DNA of 64,000 nt from Dehalococcoidia bacterium (GTDB lineage: Bacteria; Chloroflexota; Dehalococcoidia; Bin125): positions 5,918 through 69,917 of the forward strand of contig JAJEJC010000001.1 in NCBI GenBank assembly GCA_022828105.1. Direction: 5' to 3'. Of this stretch, positions 18,082-28,609 are shown piece by piece (positions within the stretch are counted from its first letter, which is position 1; the number at the start of each line of letters is the position of its first letter). The notes under the pieces were generated by a model that was not told the DNA's origin, ran no database searches, and worked only from the letters and a program-made list of their open reading frames with translations. The position numbers and the translations under genes are program-made.

Positions 18082-19704
18082 CTACATCTGCGCCTGCGAC
18101 ACGTCCTCGACTCCGTCAATCTCGTTGATCACTCCTACCTCGCCCACCGACAGCGCGCGCGAGATGGTCAGCGCCATGAGCGACATTTCCGACGGATCAT
18201 CCGCGCTGAAGCCCACGTCCATCGCGCCGATGTTGACATCGAGGCGGCCCAGCGCCATGCCCACTTCGCCAATTCGCCCCGGGCGGTCTTCGTTGCGCAG
18301 CACCAGGAGATGCAGATGTTCGCCCGCTTCTCCGGGCCGCAAACGCGGGCCCGAAATGTGCACGTGGAATCCGTTGATCTCGACCACCGCGGCCCGGCCG
18401 TGCTCCAACGTGCCCATCAGGGAGGTCTGCCCCGCGGAGGTGCGCAGCTCCACGGTGATTGTCGACGTATAGGGCTCGGCGTCCGGCGACTTGCGCTCGA
18501 CAATGCGCCAGCCTCGATGCGCAATCACGTTGTTGATGTTGACCAGGTTGACGTGCTCGTCCGAGATCGGCGCGAGCAGTCCGGCCACCACCGACGCCTT
18601 GAGCGGCGTCACGTCGTGACTGGCGATCTCGCCCTGGTAGCGAATGATGATGTCGCGCCACTGGCCGGATGCAAGCTGGGTCGCCAGCCGCCCGCACATC
18701 TCTGCCACCGAGAGATAGGGTCCAACCGCCTCCAACGACTCCGGATCGATCAGCGGCGCATTGACCGCCGCCTGCGAGGGGCGTCCGGCCAGCACCTTGA
18801 GCGTTTCCGTGGCAATCTCGACCGCGACGCGTTCCTGCGCCTCCTGCGTCGATGCCCCCAGGTGAGGGGTCGCGAGGACGCGAGGATGGCGGACTAGCGG
18901 ATTCTCGTGCGCGGGCTCGGAGGCGAACACGTCGAGCGCCGCGCCGGCCAGGCGGCCGGAGTCGAGCGCCTCGACCAGCGCCGATTCGTCGATCAGTCGG
19001 CCCCGTGCGGTGTTGACCAGTAGCGCGCCGGACTTGATCGCGCACAGCTCCTCGGCGCCCAACAGCGGGGGCGCATCGGGCGAGGCGGAGGAATGCAGCG
19101 TGATCACATCCGACTGCGCCAGCACTTCGGGCAGCGTCGCGAGCTCGGCTCCGACGCTGCGGGCGCGTTCCTCGGAGACGAACGGATCGAAGGCGATCGT
19201 GCGCATCTCCATCGCCTGCAAGCGCCGCGCGACCGCCGCGCCGACCAGTCCCAGGCCGATGATGCCGGCCGTCTTGCCGCGCAACTCCGCGCCGATGAAG
19301 GCGGAACGATTCCACTCGCCCGAGCGCAGGGACGCGTTGGCGGCCGCCAGGTGTCGGGACAGTGAGAGCAGCAGACCGATCGCCAGTTCGGCCGCCGAGA
19401 CGGTGTTCCCCCCTGCCGCGTTGAGCACGATGATCCCGCGCTCGGATGCCGCGTCGAGATCAATGTTGTCGACGCCGGCTCCGGCTCGACCAATCACCCG
19501 AAGCGCGGGCGCGGACTCGATCAGTGTGCGGTCGACCTGCGTGCCGCTGCGCACGATCAATCCCTGGCAGTCGGCGATGGCGGCGAGCAAGTCGTCGCGC
19601 GAGCGGCCAACGCCGTCGACAATGTCCGCTTCGCGGCCGAGGATGGCGAGACCCTCGTCGGCGAGCCGCTCACTGATCAGGATGCGAGCCAGGGTTTGAG
19701 CCAT
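18082..19704 (-). CDS. serA: D-3-phosphoglycerate dehydrogenase (long form with C-terminal ACT-like regulatory domain)
   Basis: 2-hydroxyacid dehydrogenase fold with GIIGLGLVG NAD motif. About 540 aa with C-terminal regulatory extension. Adjacent aminotransferase. Confidence 0.85.
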   Translation of the reverse strand: MAQTLARILISERLADEGLAILGREADIVDGVGRSRDDLLAAIADCQGLIVRSGTQVDRTLIESAPALRVIGRAGAGVDNIDLDAASERGIIVLNAAGGNTVSAAELAIGLLLSLSRHLAAANASLRSGEWNRSAFIGAELRGKTAGIIGLGLVGAAVARRLQAMEMRTIAFDPFVSEERARSVGAELATLPEVLAQSDVITLHSSASPDAPPLLGAEELCAIKSGALLVNTARGRLIDESALVEALDSGRLAGAALDVFASEPAHENPLVRHPRVLATPHLGASTQEAQERVAVEIATETLKVLAGRPSQAAVNAPLIDPESLEAVGPYLSVAEMCGRLATQLASGQWRDIIIRYQGEIASHDVTPLKASVVAGLLAPISDEHVNLVNINNVIAHRGWRIVERKSPDAEPYTSTITVELRTSAGQTSLMGTLEHGRAAVVEINGFHVHISGPRLRPGEAGEHLHLLVLRNEDRPGRIGEVGMALGRLDVNIGAMDVGFSADDPSEMSLMALTISRALSVGEVGVINEIDGVEDVSQAQM

Positions 19705-19731
19705 GCGGCTCTCGTTCCGCTGAGTTGGGCG

Positions 19732-20856
19732 TTATCCGTCGATGCCTGGGATCACGGCGCCTTCCGCCGCGGCGAAGCCCTCGGCGACCAGCGCCTGCTG
19801 CAGCGCGGCGAAGCATGCGCTGAACTCGGCTTCATCGAGATATCCGAGGTGGCCGATGCGCCAGATTGAGGGCGCGAGCTTGCCCTGTCCGCCCGCGATC
19901 ACAACGTCATGCTCCTCGCGCAGTCGGCGGGACACCGCCGATCCGGTCATGCCGTCAGGCACCTTGATCGCAGTGACAGTGTCGGAGGCATAGCGCTCCT
20001 CGGCCAGCAACTCGAGCCCCAGCGACCTGGCTGCCGCGCGAGTCCAGGACGCGAAGCGGTGGTGGCGGGCAAAGATCGCTTCCGGCCCTTCCTCGATCAA
20101 CATCGGCAGGGCCGCGTCCATCGCGTACATCGTCGGCAAGGCCGGCGTCCAGGGCGGCTGCCCGCGCTCGGCGTACTCGTGGTGGGTGGTCAGATCGAAG
20201 TAGAAGCTGGGCATCGTCGAGCGTTCGGCCGCCGCCCAGCCGCGCTCGGACAACGCCGCCATCGCGATTCCGGGCGGCGACAGCCAACCCTTCTGCGACG
20301 CGGTGACCACGGCGTCAAGGCCCCAGTCGTCCATCCGCATCTCGATCGAGCCGAGCGACGATACGGCGTCGACGATGATCAGCGGATCGGCGACTGCGCG
20401 AACGGCGGCGGCGATCTCGCCAATCGGATTGGTTACGCCAGTGGAGGTTTCGTTGTGCGTGATCAGCAGCGCGTCGTACTCGTCCTGTTGGATCAGCTCA
20501 GCGACCAGGTCCGGAGTCGCGGCCTCGCCCCACTCGATAACCGAGCGGGTGACGGTCGCTCCGTAGCGCTCGGCAATCGTTCCGAATCGGTCGCCGAAGG
20601 AGCCGACGGTGACGCACAGCACATTGTCTCCGGGCGAGAGCGTGTTGACGACTGCGGCCTCCATCGCGCCGGTACCGGACGCCGAGAGGATCATGATCTC
20701 CTGCTCGGTGCCGAAGAAGGGCTGGATTCCGCTGGTCAGACGTTCCAGCAGTTCCGCGAACTCCGGTCCTCGGTGATTGATCATCTCTCCGCTCGCCGCA
20801 GCCAGGACTTCAGGCGGACAGGGCGTCGGGCCGGGGATTCTGAGATTCGTGGTCAT
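19732..20856 (-). CDS. class V aminotransferase (phosphoserine/serine-glyoxylate aminotransferase-like)
   Basis: IPGPTPCPPEVL...MINHRGPEF...LSASGTGAMEAAV, typical of AGT/SerC-like class V PLP enzymes. Downstream of serA. Confidence 0.8.
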   Translation of the reverse strand: MTTNLRIPGPTPCPPEVLAAASGEMINHRGPEFAELLERLTSGIQPFFGTEQEIMILSASGTGAMEAAVVNTLSPGDNVLCVTVGSFGDRFGTIAERYGATVTRSVIEWGEAATPDLVAELIQQDEYDALLITHNETSTGVTNPIGEIAAAVRAVADPLIIVDAVSSLGSIEMRMDDWGLDAVVTASQKGWLSPPGIAMAALSERGWAAAERSTMPSFYFDLTTHHEYAERGQPPWTPALPTMYAMDAALPMLIEEGPEAIFARHHRFASWTRAAARSLGLELLAEERYASDTVTAIKVPDGMTGSAVSRRLREEHDVVIAGGQGKLAPSIWRIGHLGYLDEAEFSACFAALQQALVAEGFAAAEGAVIPGIDG

Positions 20857-20975
20857 ACTGCAAACGAACCGTTCTCTAGGATGAAGATGTGCGCCGGACG
20901 GGCCGGCGGCTGGAGATGGATCGCTCGAAGCGTATCAGCGACTCCTGCCTGGCGAACTTCCCGATGGAGCTGCGG

Positions 20976-22370
20976 ATGACGCATTCTGCTCACGGGGCAA
21001 CGGATCACCGCTCGAAGCTGCGCTCGCTGCCGAGCGTTGACCGCGTGCTCGCAGACCCCGCGTTAGCCGGGATGCTGGAACAACTCTCGCGCCGCGATGT
21101 CACCGAGGCGGTACGAGGGGTCATTGCGGAGTCGCGCGACGCGCTGTTCGCAGCTCGCGACGTACCGACGAATCCCGAGGCGCTCGCCCGCTTGGCGGCG
21201 AAGTCGCTCAGTCCGCTCGTGCAACCCTCGCTGCGCCGCGTGATCAACGCCACCGGCGTCGTGGTGCACACGAACCTGGGCCGAGCGCCGGTCTCGGACG
21301 CAGCCGAGCAGGCGATGAGCCGCGCGGCGTCGGGCTACTCCAATATCGAGTACGACGTCGAGTCGGGCTCACGCGGTTCCCGCTCGCAGCACCTGGAGTC
21401 GTTGCTCTGCGCTGTCAGCGGCGCGCAGGCTGGCATCGCCGTCAACAACAACGCAGCGGCGCTGTACTTCGCCCTGCACGCATTCTGTGCGGGACGCGAG
21501 GTCATCGTCTCACGCGGTCAGGCGGTCGAGATCGGTGGCGGGTTCCGCATTCCGGATGTGTTGCGACAGTCCGGCGCGCGACTGATCGAAGTGGGAACCA
21601 CCAACCGAACCCGCGCCGAGGACTACGCGGAGGCCGTGAGCGAAGACACCGCCGCCATTCTTCGAGTGCATTCGTCCAACTTCCGCATCGTGGGGTTCAC
21701 CGAGGAACCATCGCTCAGAGAGCTGCGGCAAGTCGCCGATCAGGCCGGCGCGATGCTGATCGACGATCTCGGCAGCGGGTGTCTGCTCGATACTCGCCGC
21801 TTCGGGCTGAGCTACGAACCGCGCCCGCAAGACAGCGCTGCCGACGGCGCAGACCTGATCCTGTTCAGCGGCGACAAGCTGCTCGGCGGCCCGCAGGCGG
21901 GCCTGATTGTCGGCCGGTCGGAGTCAATCGACCCGCTGCGCCGGCATCCGCTGATGCGCGTGCTGCGGCTGGACAAGGCGGCAATCGCCGGCCTCGCCGC
22001 CACATTGCGGCACTACGCGGCCGACGAGGCAGTCGAGGCAATCCCGGTCTGGCGGATGATCGCCGCCGATCTCGATGAGCTGGACGCCCGAGCCAGCGCC
22101 TGGCGCGATGCGATCAACGAGGGAGAAGTCGAGTCGGCCGAGTCGCCGATCGGCGGCGGTTCGTTGCCGGCGGAGACCCGACCTACGCGAGTCCTGGCTC
22201 TGGCGCATCCGCGCCCATCGGAGGCTGCACGCTTGCTGCGAGCGCACGAGCCGCCGGTGATCGCACGGGTCGTGAGTGGTCGGCTGGTGCTCGACCCTCG
22301 CACGGTGTTGCCCGGCGAAGACGGCTGCGTGATCGATGCCCTGCGAACTGTGATCGGAGCGGCGTCTTGA
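20976..22370 (+). CDS. selA: L-seryl-tRNA(Sec) selenium transferase
   Basis: LRSLPSVDRVL..., VINATGVVVHTNLGRAP, YSNIEYD, GQAVEIGGGFRIPDV, FSGDKLLGGPQAG (PLP-Lys region). Alternative ATG at 20964. Confidence 0.9.
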   Translation: MTHSAHGATDHRSKLRSLPSVDRVLADPALAGMLEQLSRRDVTEAVRGVIAESRDALFAARDVPTNPEALARLAAKSLSPLVQPSLRRVINATGVVVHTNLGRAPVSDAAEQAMSRAASGYSNIEYDVESGSRGSRSQHLESLLCAVSGAQAGIAVNNNAAALYFALHAFCAGREVIVSRGQAVEIGGGFRIPDVLRQSGARLIEVGTTNRTRAEDYAEAVSEDTAAILRVHSSNFRIVGFTEEPSLRELRQVADQAGAMLIDDLGSGCLLDTRRFGLSYEPRPQDSAADGADLILFSGDKLLGGPQAGLIVGRSESIDPLRRHPLMRVLRLDKAAIAGLAATLRHYAADEAVEAIPVWRMIAADLDELDARASAWRDAINEGEVESAESPIGGGSLPAETRPTRVLALAHPRPSEAARLLRAHEPPVIARVVSGRLVLDPRTVLPGEDGCVIDALRTVIGAAS

Positions 22371-23155
22371 TCGCTCTCGGCGCGGTGCTGCCGCATCCGC
22401 CCGTGCTGCTGCCCGAGATTGGACAGGGCCGCGAGCGTGCGGCGCAGGCAACGCTGGACGCCTACAGCGTCGTCGCCGCCAGGATTCGCGAACTTGGCAT
22501 CCGCCGGGTGCTGATGATCTCGACGCACGGCATCGTCACGCTCAATCGATTCCACATCCTGTCCGAGCGGCTATGCGGAAACCTGTCCCGCTTTGGCGTG
22601 CCCGGCGTCAGCGTTGAGCATGCAATCGACCCTGAGCTGACCGAGGCCTTGATCGGATCCGCCGCCGAGTCGGACGTGCCCTTAACCGCGGTGAACGGCT
22701 GGGAGGAGTCCGATCACTCACTCGGCGTGCCGCTGCGGCTGCTCGATGGCGCGATACCCGACCGTATCGCCGTAGTCAGCATCAGCTTTCGGCCGCCGGA
22801 GGATCACTTGCGCATTGGGGAGGCCATCGGCGCGGCCCTGGAGCAGTTCGACGAGCCGACCGCGATTCTCGCCTCGGGCGACGCGGTGCATACGCTCTCG
22901 GAAGCCTCGGCGTACGGCCATCACCGACGCGCCGATGAGGTTCAGCGGCAGTACGAGTCGGCGTTGGCAGACTGGAGTCCCGACTCCCTGTGCGCGATCG
23001 ACGAGACGCTGCGCCGCGAAGTTGACGAGTCGGTGATCTCGCCCACGCTGATCCTGATGGGCGCGTGTCGCGATCGCGCGGTCAATCCGCATATCCTTGC
23101 ATCGGAGCATCCCTGGGGTGTGGGTTATGTCACGTCCCTGATCGAACTCGGCTAG
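22367..23155 (+). CDS. class III extradiol dioxygenase-like (LigB/MEMO superfamily) protein
   Basis: N-terminal AVLPHPPVLLPEIG and HG/H motifs. TTG start overlapping the selA stop (TTGA). Confidence 0.55.
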   Translation: MIALGAVLPHPPVLLPEIGQGRERAAQATLDAYSVVAARIRELGIRRVLMISTHGIVTLNRFHILSERLCGNLSRFGVPGVSVEHAIDPELTEALIGSAAESDVPLTAVNGWEESDHSLGVPLRLLDGAIPDRIAVVSISFRPPEDHLRIGEAIGAALEQFDEPTAILASGDAVHTLSEASAYGHHRRADEVQRQYESALADWSPDSLCAIDETLRREVDESVISPTLILMGACRDRAVNPHILASEHPWGVGYVTSLIELG

Positions 23156-23166
23156 GACCCATCACC

Positions 23167-25590
23167 GTGGACGCCAAGAGCATCGCCGTCCTGGAATTTC
23201 CCAAGATCATCGAGCGTCTGGCCGATCGATGCGGTAGTCCGGGCGGACGTGAGCTCGCCCTGCAACTCCGACCCAGCACCGATGGGGACGAAGTTCGGCG
23301 CCGACTCGCGGCGACCGCCGAGGCTCGCCAGCTCGCCTCGCTGAAGCCCAACTTCCACCTGGGCCAGGCGCCTGACATCGAAGCATCGTTGCTCGCGGCG
23401 TCGCGCGCCGCGATCCTGTCCGCGCCCGACATCCTGGAGGTTGCCATTCTGCTTCGCACCGCGCGACACGCCAGGAACCAGATCGCGCCGCTCTCGCGCG
23501 AGTTGCCGCAACTCGCCCGCCTTGCCCAGCGGATCGACGACTTCTCGCCACTGATCCGGCAAATCGAGTCGACCATTGATGAGCGGGGCGAAGTGCCCGA
23601 CGATGCCTCGCCTGCGCTCGCTGAGGCCCGGGCCAGGGTGCGCACATTGCAGGAGCGCCTGGAACGCCAGCTTGAACGGACGTTGCGGCACGCCGTTTCC
23701 GAAGGCATTGCTCAAGAGTCGCTGATCACCGAGCGCGACGGCCGCTTCGTGATCCCGATCAAGGCCGAGTTGCGCGGCTCACTGCCCAGTGTGGTCCATG
23801 ACGTCTCTGCCTCGGGCGCGACCCTGTTCGTCGAACCGCTGGCCGTGGTCGAGCCTGGCAACCGTCTGCGCGAGGCGCGGCGCGAGGAGGAGCGCGAGGT
23901 CGAGCGGATCCTGCGCGCGCTCTGTCAGTTGATCGGCGAAGAAGCAGGGGCAATCCGCGCGGCGATCCGCTGTATATCGGCCATCGATCTCGCCCAGGCT
24001 AAAGCGCGGGTCGGCTCGGACCTCGACGCCCCGCTTCCGTCCGACAAGGACTCGCTGAACTGGATTTCGGATCAGTCCAACGATCTGATCCTGCACTCGG
24101 CCCGCCATCCGCTGCTGAGCGGCGACGTGGTGCCGATCTCGGCCGCGCTCAACTCCGACACTCGCTGCGTCCTGATCACGGGTCCCAACACGGGCGGCAA
24201 GACGGTGGCGCTGAAGACGGTCGGCTTGCTCTGCCTGATGGCCCAGGCCGGACTGCCGATACCGGCCGAACTGGGGACACGGTTGCCCGTGCTGCAGGAC
24301 ATCTTCGCCGACATCGGCGACGAGCAGTCGATCGAACAGTCGCTCTCCACCTTCTCCGCGCACATGACCAACATCGTGCGGATCATCAATGCGGCAGGGC
24401 CGGGCACGCTGGTGCTGCTGGACGAGCTGGGCGCCGGCACCGACCCGTCGGAGGGCGCGGCCCTGGCTCGATCGCTGCTGGAGGAGTTCCTCGACCTCGA
24501 CTGCCTGCTGGTCGCCACGACTCACCACGGCGAACTCAAGGTCTTTGCCCACGCAACCGACGGCATCGTCAACGCGTCGGCCGAGTTCGATACACAGACG
24601 CTGCAGCCCACCTACCGGATCATCATGGGTACGCCGGGACGCTCCAACGCGCTGGCCATCGCCCAGCGGCTGGGGATGCCGGAGCGCATCCTCGAGCGGG
24701 CCCGCAGCGACGCGACGACCGAGGCGGCCACGCTCGAACACCTGCTCGCCGAGCTGCAGCACGAGCGCGACGCCATTGCGGGCCAGGTCAGCGCCGAGCG
24801 GGTCGCGCGGGAGGAAGCCGAAGCGATCCGGGCCAACCTGGCCGAGCGTCGTGAGGCGATCGAGGCGGAGCGCGACGCCGTGCTCGCCCGTACCGAGCGC
24901 GCGATGGAGGACGAGCTGGCTCAGTTCCGGCGCTCGCTGCGAGCCTCGCTCAAAGAACTCGAACGGCGGCAGTCGCGTGAGCGAGCCGAGGAGTTGTCCG
25001 AGCAGCAAGCCGAACAGGGACGTGAGCGGCTGCAGCGAGTCCGCCGAGAACGAGCCCAACAGCGCCGCAGACGCGCCGACCGGCGGCCCGAGGAATCTTC
25101 ATTCGATCCCGACGGCCTGAACAGCGGCGATTTCATCTATCTGCGTGGACTGCCCGAGCCGGGCGAAGTGCTCACGCCGGTCGAGGACGGCGCGCTCGAC
25201 GTGCAGCTTGGATCGCTCCGAACCCGCGTCCGGGTCGAGCAAATCGAGCGCCTCGCACCGGCCGGCGCGCGAAGCGATGACGGGAAGCGTCCATTGCGCG
25301 GAATGGGCGCAACTGCGAACCATCTGCCGCGCCCTCCGGTCGATCCGGGCTCCAAGATCGATCTACGCGGACAGGTCACTGACGACGCAATGCCGATGGT
25401 CGATTCTTTCCTCGATGTCGCCTACCGCGCGGGACAGACCCGGCTGGAAGTTGTGCACGGCAAGGGCACCGGAGCGCTGCGCCGAGCGGTCCGCGATCTG
25501 CTGCGTCGGCATCCATTGGTCACCAGCTTCGAGAGCGCGGAGCCGAAGCAGGGCGGCGACGGCGTGACCATCGTCACCCTGGTCGGATAG
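23167..25590 (+). CDS. mutS2: endonuclease MutS2 (MutS domain plus C-terminal Smr)
   Basis: Walker A GPNTGGKT, DELGAGTDP, long coiled-coil, C-terminal Smr (IDLRGQ...VVHGKGTGALR). GTG start at 23167. Confidence 0.9.
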   Translation: MDAKSIAVLEFPKIIERLADRCGSPGGRELALQLRPSTDGDEVRRRLAATAEARQLASLKPNFHLGQAPDIEASLLAASRAAILSAPDILEVAILLRTARHARNQIAPLSRELPQLARLAQRIDDFSPLIRQIESTIDERGEVPDDASPALAEARARVRTLQERLERQLERTLRHAVSEGIAQESLITERDGRFVIPIKAELRGSLPSVVHDVSASGATLFVEPLAVVEPGNRLREARREEEREVERILRALCQLIGEEAGAIRAAIRCISAIDLAQAKARVGSDLDAPLPSDKDSLNWISDQSNDLILHSARHPLLSGDVVPISAALNSDTRCVLITGPNTGGKTVALKTVGLLCLMAQAGLPIPAELGTRLPVLQDIFADIGDEQSIEQSLSTFSAHMTNIVRIINAAGPGTLVLLDELGAGTDPSEGAALARSLLEEFLDLDCLLVATTHHGELKVFAHATDGIVNASAEFDTQTLQPTYRIIMGTPGRSNALAIAQRLGMPERILERARSDATTEAATLEHLLAELQHERDAIAGQVSAERVAREEAEAIRANLAERREAIEAERDAVLARTERAMEDELAQFRRSLRASLKELERRQSRERAEELSEQQAEQGRERLQRVRRERAQQRRRRADRRPEESSFDPDGLNSGDFIYLRGLPEPGEVLTPVEDGALDVQLGSLRTRVRVEQIERLAPAGARSDDGKRPLRGMGATANHLPRPPVDPGSKIDLRGQVTDDAMPMVDSFLDVAYRAGQTRLEVVHGKGTGALRRAVRDLLRRHPLVTSFESAEPKQGGDGVTIVTLVG

Positions 25591-25602
25591 ATTCGGACTC
25601 GC

Positions 25603-26232
25603 ATGGTCCTGCGACGCATCGCCGAGGCCATTGACCGCCGCCCCAACACGGCGCGTGTGCGGCGCAGCATTCTGCAGCTCGCCGCCGACGATTTCGTCAA
25701 GCAGTTGCCGCAGCGCAAGGGTCGCTCCGGCAACTGGGGCGTCAGCGGTTGGGACGTCTCCAATCTCGCCCATCCCGCCTTCTGGAGCATGGCTCTGCTC
25801 AGCCAGCGCCGTCAGCGGTTCGCCATGACGCTGATCGGGCAGGTCTATGTCGATCAGGCCGCCGTGCAGCCGTATGTGCAGGAGAAGCGAGCCGCCGAGC
25901 AGGTGTTGGACAGCCTCGACGGCATCGACGCCGACTCGCTAGTCGGCTTTGTCGATGCCGCCGTGATGCTGTTCCAGCCGCCCAACGCAACCGGCGCGCC
26001 GCTGGTGCCCGCCGACCAGGCAGCCGAGATCCTCCGTCTCGCGCTGCTGCGCGGCGCAATGGTGGGCGAACTGCGCTCCGATCAGGTTCGCACCGCCTGG
26101 AGCGCGGCACATCCGGATCAGGTCGAGCAGCACGGCCCCGAAGTGGCATGGAAGAAGGCCCAGGGCCGGGCAGAAATGCTGCTCGAAGGCTGGTCCCAGT
26201 CGCGCCGATCCCAGGGCCGGCGGATTATCTGA
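25603..26232 (+). CDS. hypothetical protein
   Basis: 209-aa ORF with strong GC3 bias, 13 nt after mutS2. No recognisable motif. Confidence 0.6.
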   Translation: MVLRRIAEAIDRRPNTARVRRSILQLAADDFVKQLPQRKGRSGNWGVSGWDVSNLAHPAFWSMALLSQRRQRFAMTLIGQVYVDQAAVQPYVQEKRAAEQVLDSLDGIDADSLVGFVDAAVMLFQPPNATGAPLVPADQAAEILRLALLRGAMVGELRSDQVRTAWSAAHPDQVEQHGPEVAWKKAQGRAEMLLEGWSQSRRSQGRRII

Positions 26233-26279
26233 CTATTTCGCCCAAGAACGGGCGCTTGCGGCACAGCTACCCTCAAGCC

Positions 26280-27572
26280 ATGACCACGCAAGGCAGCGGC
26301 ATGAGAGGCATGTTCGACGACGCCGACGTGGTCGACCCTGCCGCGCCCCTTGCCGCCCGCATGCGACCGCGCAGCCTCGACGAGATTGTCGGTCAGCAGC
26401 AGCTCGTCGGTCCCGGCGCGCCACTGCGGCGGGCGATCGAGGCCGACGCGCCGCCTTCGTGCATCCTCTGGGGACCGCCAGGATGCGGCAAGACGACCAT
26501 CGCCCAGGTCATTGCACGTCTGACCCAGGCGCAGTTCACGCAGCTCTCGGCCGTTTCCAGCGGCGTCGCCGACCTGCGCAAGGTGATCGCGGCCGCCGAG
26601 GCCGGCCGCCGCGACGGCCTGGCCCGGACCCTGCTCTTCATCGACGAAATCCACCGCTTCAACAAAGCCCAGCAGGACGCCGTGTTGCACGCCGTCGAGG
26701 ACGGCACGATCACGCTGATCGGCGCGACCACCGAGAATCCGTCGTTCGAGGTGATCGCGCCCCTGCTGAGCCGGACGCGCGTGTTCAAGCTCGAGCCCCT
26801 TGACGCGGCCGATATCCTGCGCCTGCTGGAGCGGGCGATCGCGGATCAGGACCGCGGACTCGGCAAGAATCCGCCGTCGATCGACGAGCCCGCGCTTGAT
26901 GCCGTCGCCAACGTCGCCGGCGGCGACGCGCGCGTAGCGCTCAACACGCTGCAGGCGGCCGTGGACAGCGTCTCGGGCCAGGACCGCGCCGTAACGGTAG
27001 ACGATGTCTCCGAGGTCGCGCAGCGGGCGCTGCCCTACGACAAGGGCGGCGACGCGCACTACGACACGATCAGCGCATTCATCAAGTCCGTGCGGGGCTC
27101 CGATCCCGACGCCGCCGTCTACTGGCTGGCGCGGATGCTCGAAGCCGGCGAAGACCCGATGTTCGTGGCCCGGCGGATCGTGATCCTCGCCGCCGAGGAC
27201 ATCGGCCTTGCCGACCCGCAGGCGCTGTCGGTCGCCGTCGCCGCGCAGCAGGCGACGCACCTGATCGGGATGCCCGAGTGCACGCTCGTGCTGTCGGAAG
27301 CCGCCATCTATCTCGCACGCGCGCCCAAGAGCAACTCGGCGATGCAGGCCTACTCGGCCGCCTTGGGCGCGGTCCGCGATTCGGGCGCACTACCCGTGCC
27401 GCTGCACCTGCGCAATGCGGCGACCGGACTGATGGCCGCGCATGGCTACGGCAGGGACTACCAGTACGCGCACGATTACGAGGGCGGCGTCGCGCCCGAT
27501 CAGCAGCACCTGCCCGACGAGCTCTCGGGCGCCGCCTACTACCGACCCTCCGAGCGGGATGTGCAGCCGTGA
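26280..27572 (+). CDS. rarA: replication-associated recombination protein A (AAA+ ATPase)
   Basis: LDEIVGQQQL, Walker A GPPGCGKTT, FIDEIHRFNK, C-terminal MgsA domain (YDTISAFIKSVRGSD). ATG at 26280 in frame with the track ORF. Confidence 0.9.
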   Translation: MTTQGSGMRGMFDDADVVDPAAPLAARMRPRSLDEIVGQQQLVGPGAPLRRAIEADAPPSCILWGPPGCGKTTIAQVIARLTQAQFTQLSAVSSGVADLRKVIAAAEAGRRDGLARTLLFIDEIHRFNKAQQDAVLHAVEDGTITLIGATTENPSFEVIAPLLSRTRVFKLEPLDAADILRLLERAIADQDRGLGKNPPSIDEPALDAVANVAGGDARVALNTLQAAVDSVSGQDRAVTVDDVSEVAQRALPYDKGGDAHYDTISAFIKSVRGSDPDAAVYWLARMLEAGEDPMFVARRIVILAAEDIGLADPQALSVAVAAQQATHLIGMPECTLVLSEAAIYLARAPKSNSAMQAYSAALGAVRDSGALPVPLHLRNAATGLMAAHGYGRDYQYAHDYEGGVAPDQQHLPDELSGAAYYRPSERDVQP

Positions 27573-27601
27573 AGCCCAGACAGCGATTTCCCGAACTGGC
27601 C

Positions 27602-27913
27602 ATGCCCGCCGTCGAGGCCGTCGCGGAGCTCTTCGGCGCGGAGCCCGTTCGCCAGGAATGGAATCTGCCCGACGACTCAGTCGGCGTCTGGGAAGTGCTC
27701 TACCGCGCCGAGACCGGCAACATCCGCATCCTGCTCTGGCCCGCCATCGACCGGATCGACGTGACCGTCGGACCGCACATGTGGGTCGTCAAGGGCGTGC
27801 GCGAAGTCGAAGTCATCGACGAACTGGAGTGCATCGCCCGCTTCGGCGAGGACGGCACGCTCACGGTCGCCCGCAGCGGCCACGTGGTGCTCACATCCCC
27901 GCGCAGCGGGTGA
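27602..27913 (+). CDS. small hypothetical protein
   Basis: ATG at 27602, or GTG at 27569 overlapping the rarA stop as GTGA. GC3-rich. No motif. Confidence 0.5.
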   Translation: MPAVEAVAELFGAEPVRQEWNLPDDSVGVWEVLYRAETGNIRILLWPAIDRIDVTVGPHMWVVKGVREVEVIDELECIARFGEDGTLTVARSGHVVLTSPRSG

Positions 27914-27919
27914 AAGGGG

Positions 27920-28543
27920 CTATCCCGGCTCAGGAATCGGCAAGCCGCGCAGCCGTGCGAGGTCGTCCAGGAAGCGGCCCAGCATCGTCGCCGTCGCTCC
28001 GAAGATGCGGTGTCCCTCGTACCAGTACTCGCGCATGTGAAACACCTGCCCGTCGCGCGTGCGCCGCTCGAATGCCACGTTGGACGGGTCCAGCAGCTGC
28101 GACAGCGACGGCGTAATGATCTCGCCGACCTCGATCGCCAGCGGGCGAAACGGGTACGGCGCGCGATCGATCAGTCCCACATAGGGCGTGACGTGGAAGT
28201 CGGACATCGTGCGGTAGTGCGACTGCTCGCCGAGTACATCCACGTGCTCCGCCCGAAGGCCGACCTCTTCGTCCGCCTCGCGCAGCGCCGCAGCCATTGG
28301 GTGCTCGTCGGCCGAGTCCAGCGCGCCGCCGGGGAAAGAAATCTCACCCTTGTGATGCTCAACCTCGTGCGAGCGGACCGTCAGCACGACCTCGGGGTCG
28401 TCGTACGGCAACAGGGCGATCAACACCGCCGCCCGCCAGCGACCGATGTCCTCGGGCAGCGTCTGGATGTCATGGCCAGCCGCAGCCGAGCGCACTTCGG
28501 CAATCGCCGCGGCCTCGTGCTCCTGGTCCACATAGTCGGGCAT
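27920..28543 (-). CDS. Nudix hydrolase, CoA pyrophosphatase type
   Basis: LTVRSHEVEHHKGEISFPGG upstream motif plus Nudix box GGALDSADEHPMAAALREADEEVGL. Confidence 0.85.
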   Translation of the reverse strand: MPDYVDQEHEAAAIAEVRSAAAGHDIQTLPEDIGRWRAAVLIALLPYDDPEVVLTVRSHEVEHHKGEISFPGGALDSADEHPMAAALREADEEVGLRAEHVDVLGEQSHYRTMSDFHVTPYVGLIDRAPYPFRPLAIEVGEIITPSLSQLLDPSNVAFERRTRDGQVFHMREYWYEGHRIFGATATMLGRFLDDLARLRGLPIPEPG

Positions 28544-28609
28544 CGATGTCCACCGTCCCTGCTCGCGCGCATCTACGCGAGCGCCTCGTTCGTCGCCCTC
28601 CAGCCTACG

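Noticed and set aside
25749-26279. 177-aa N-terminal extension of rarA in the track ORF
   Set aside because: The translation is R/A/G-rich and overlaps the better-looking 25603-26232 ORF. RarA homology starts at the ATG at 26280.
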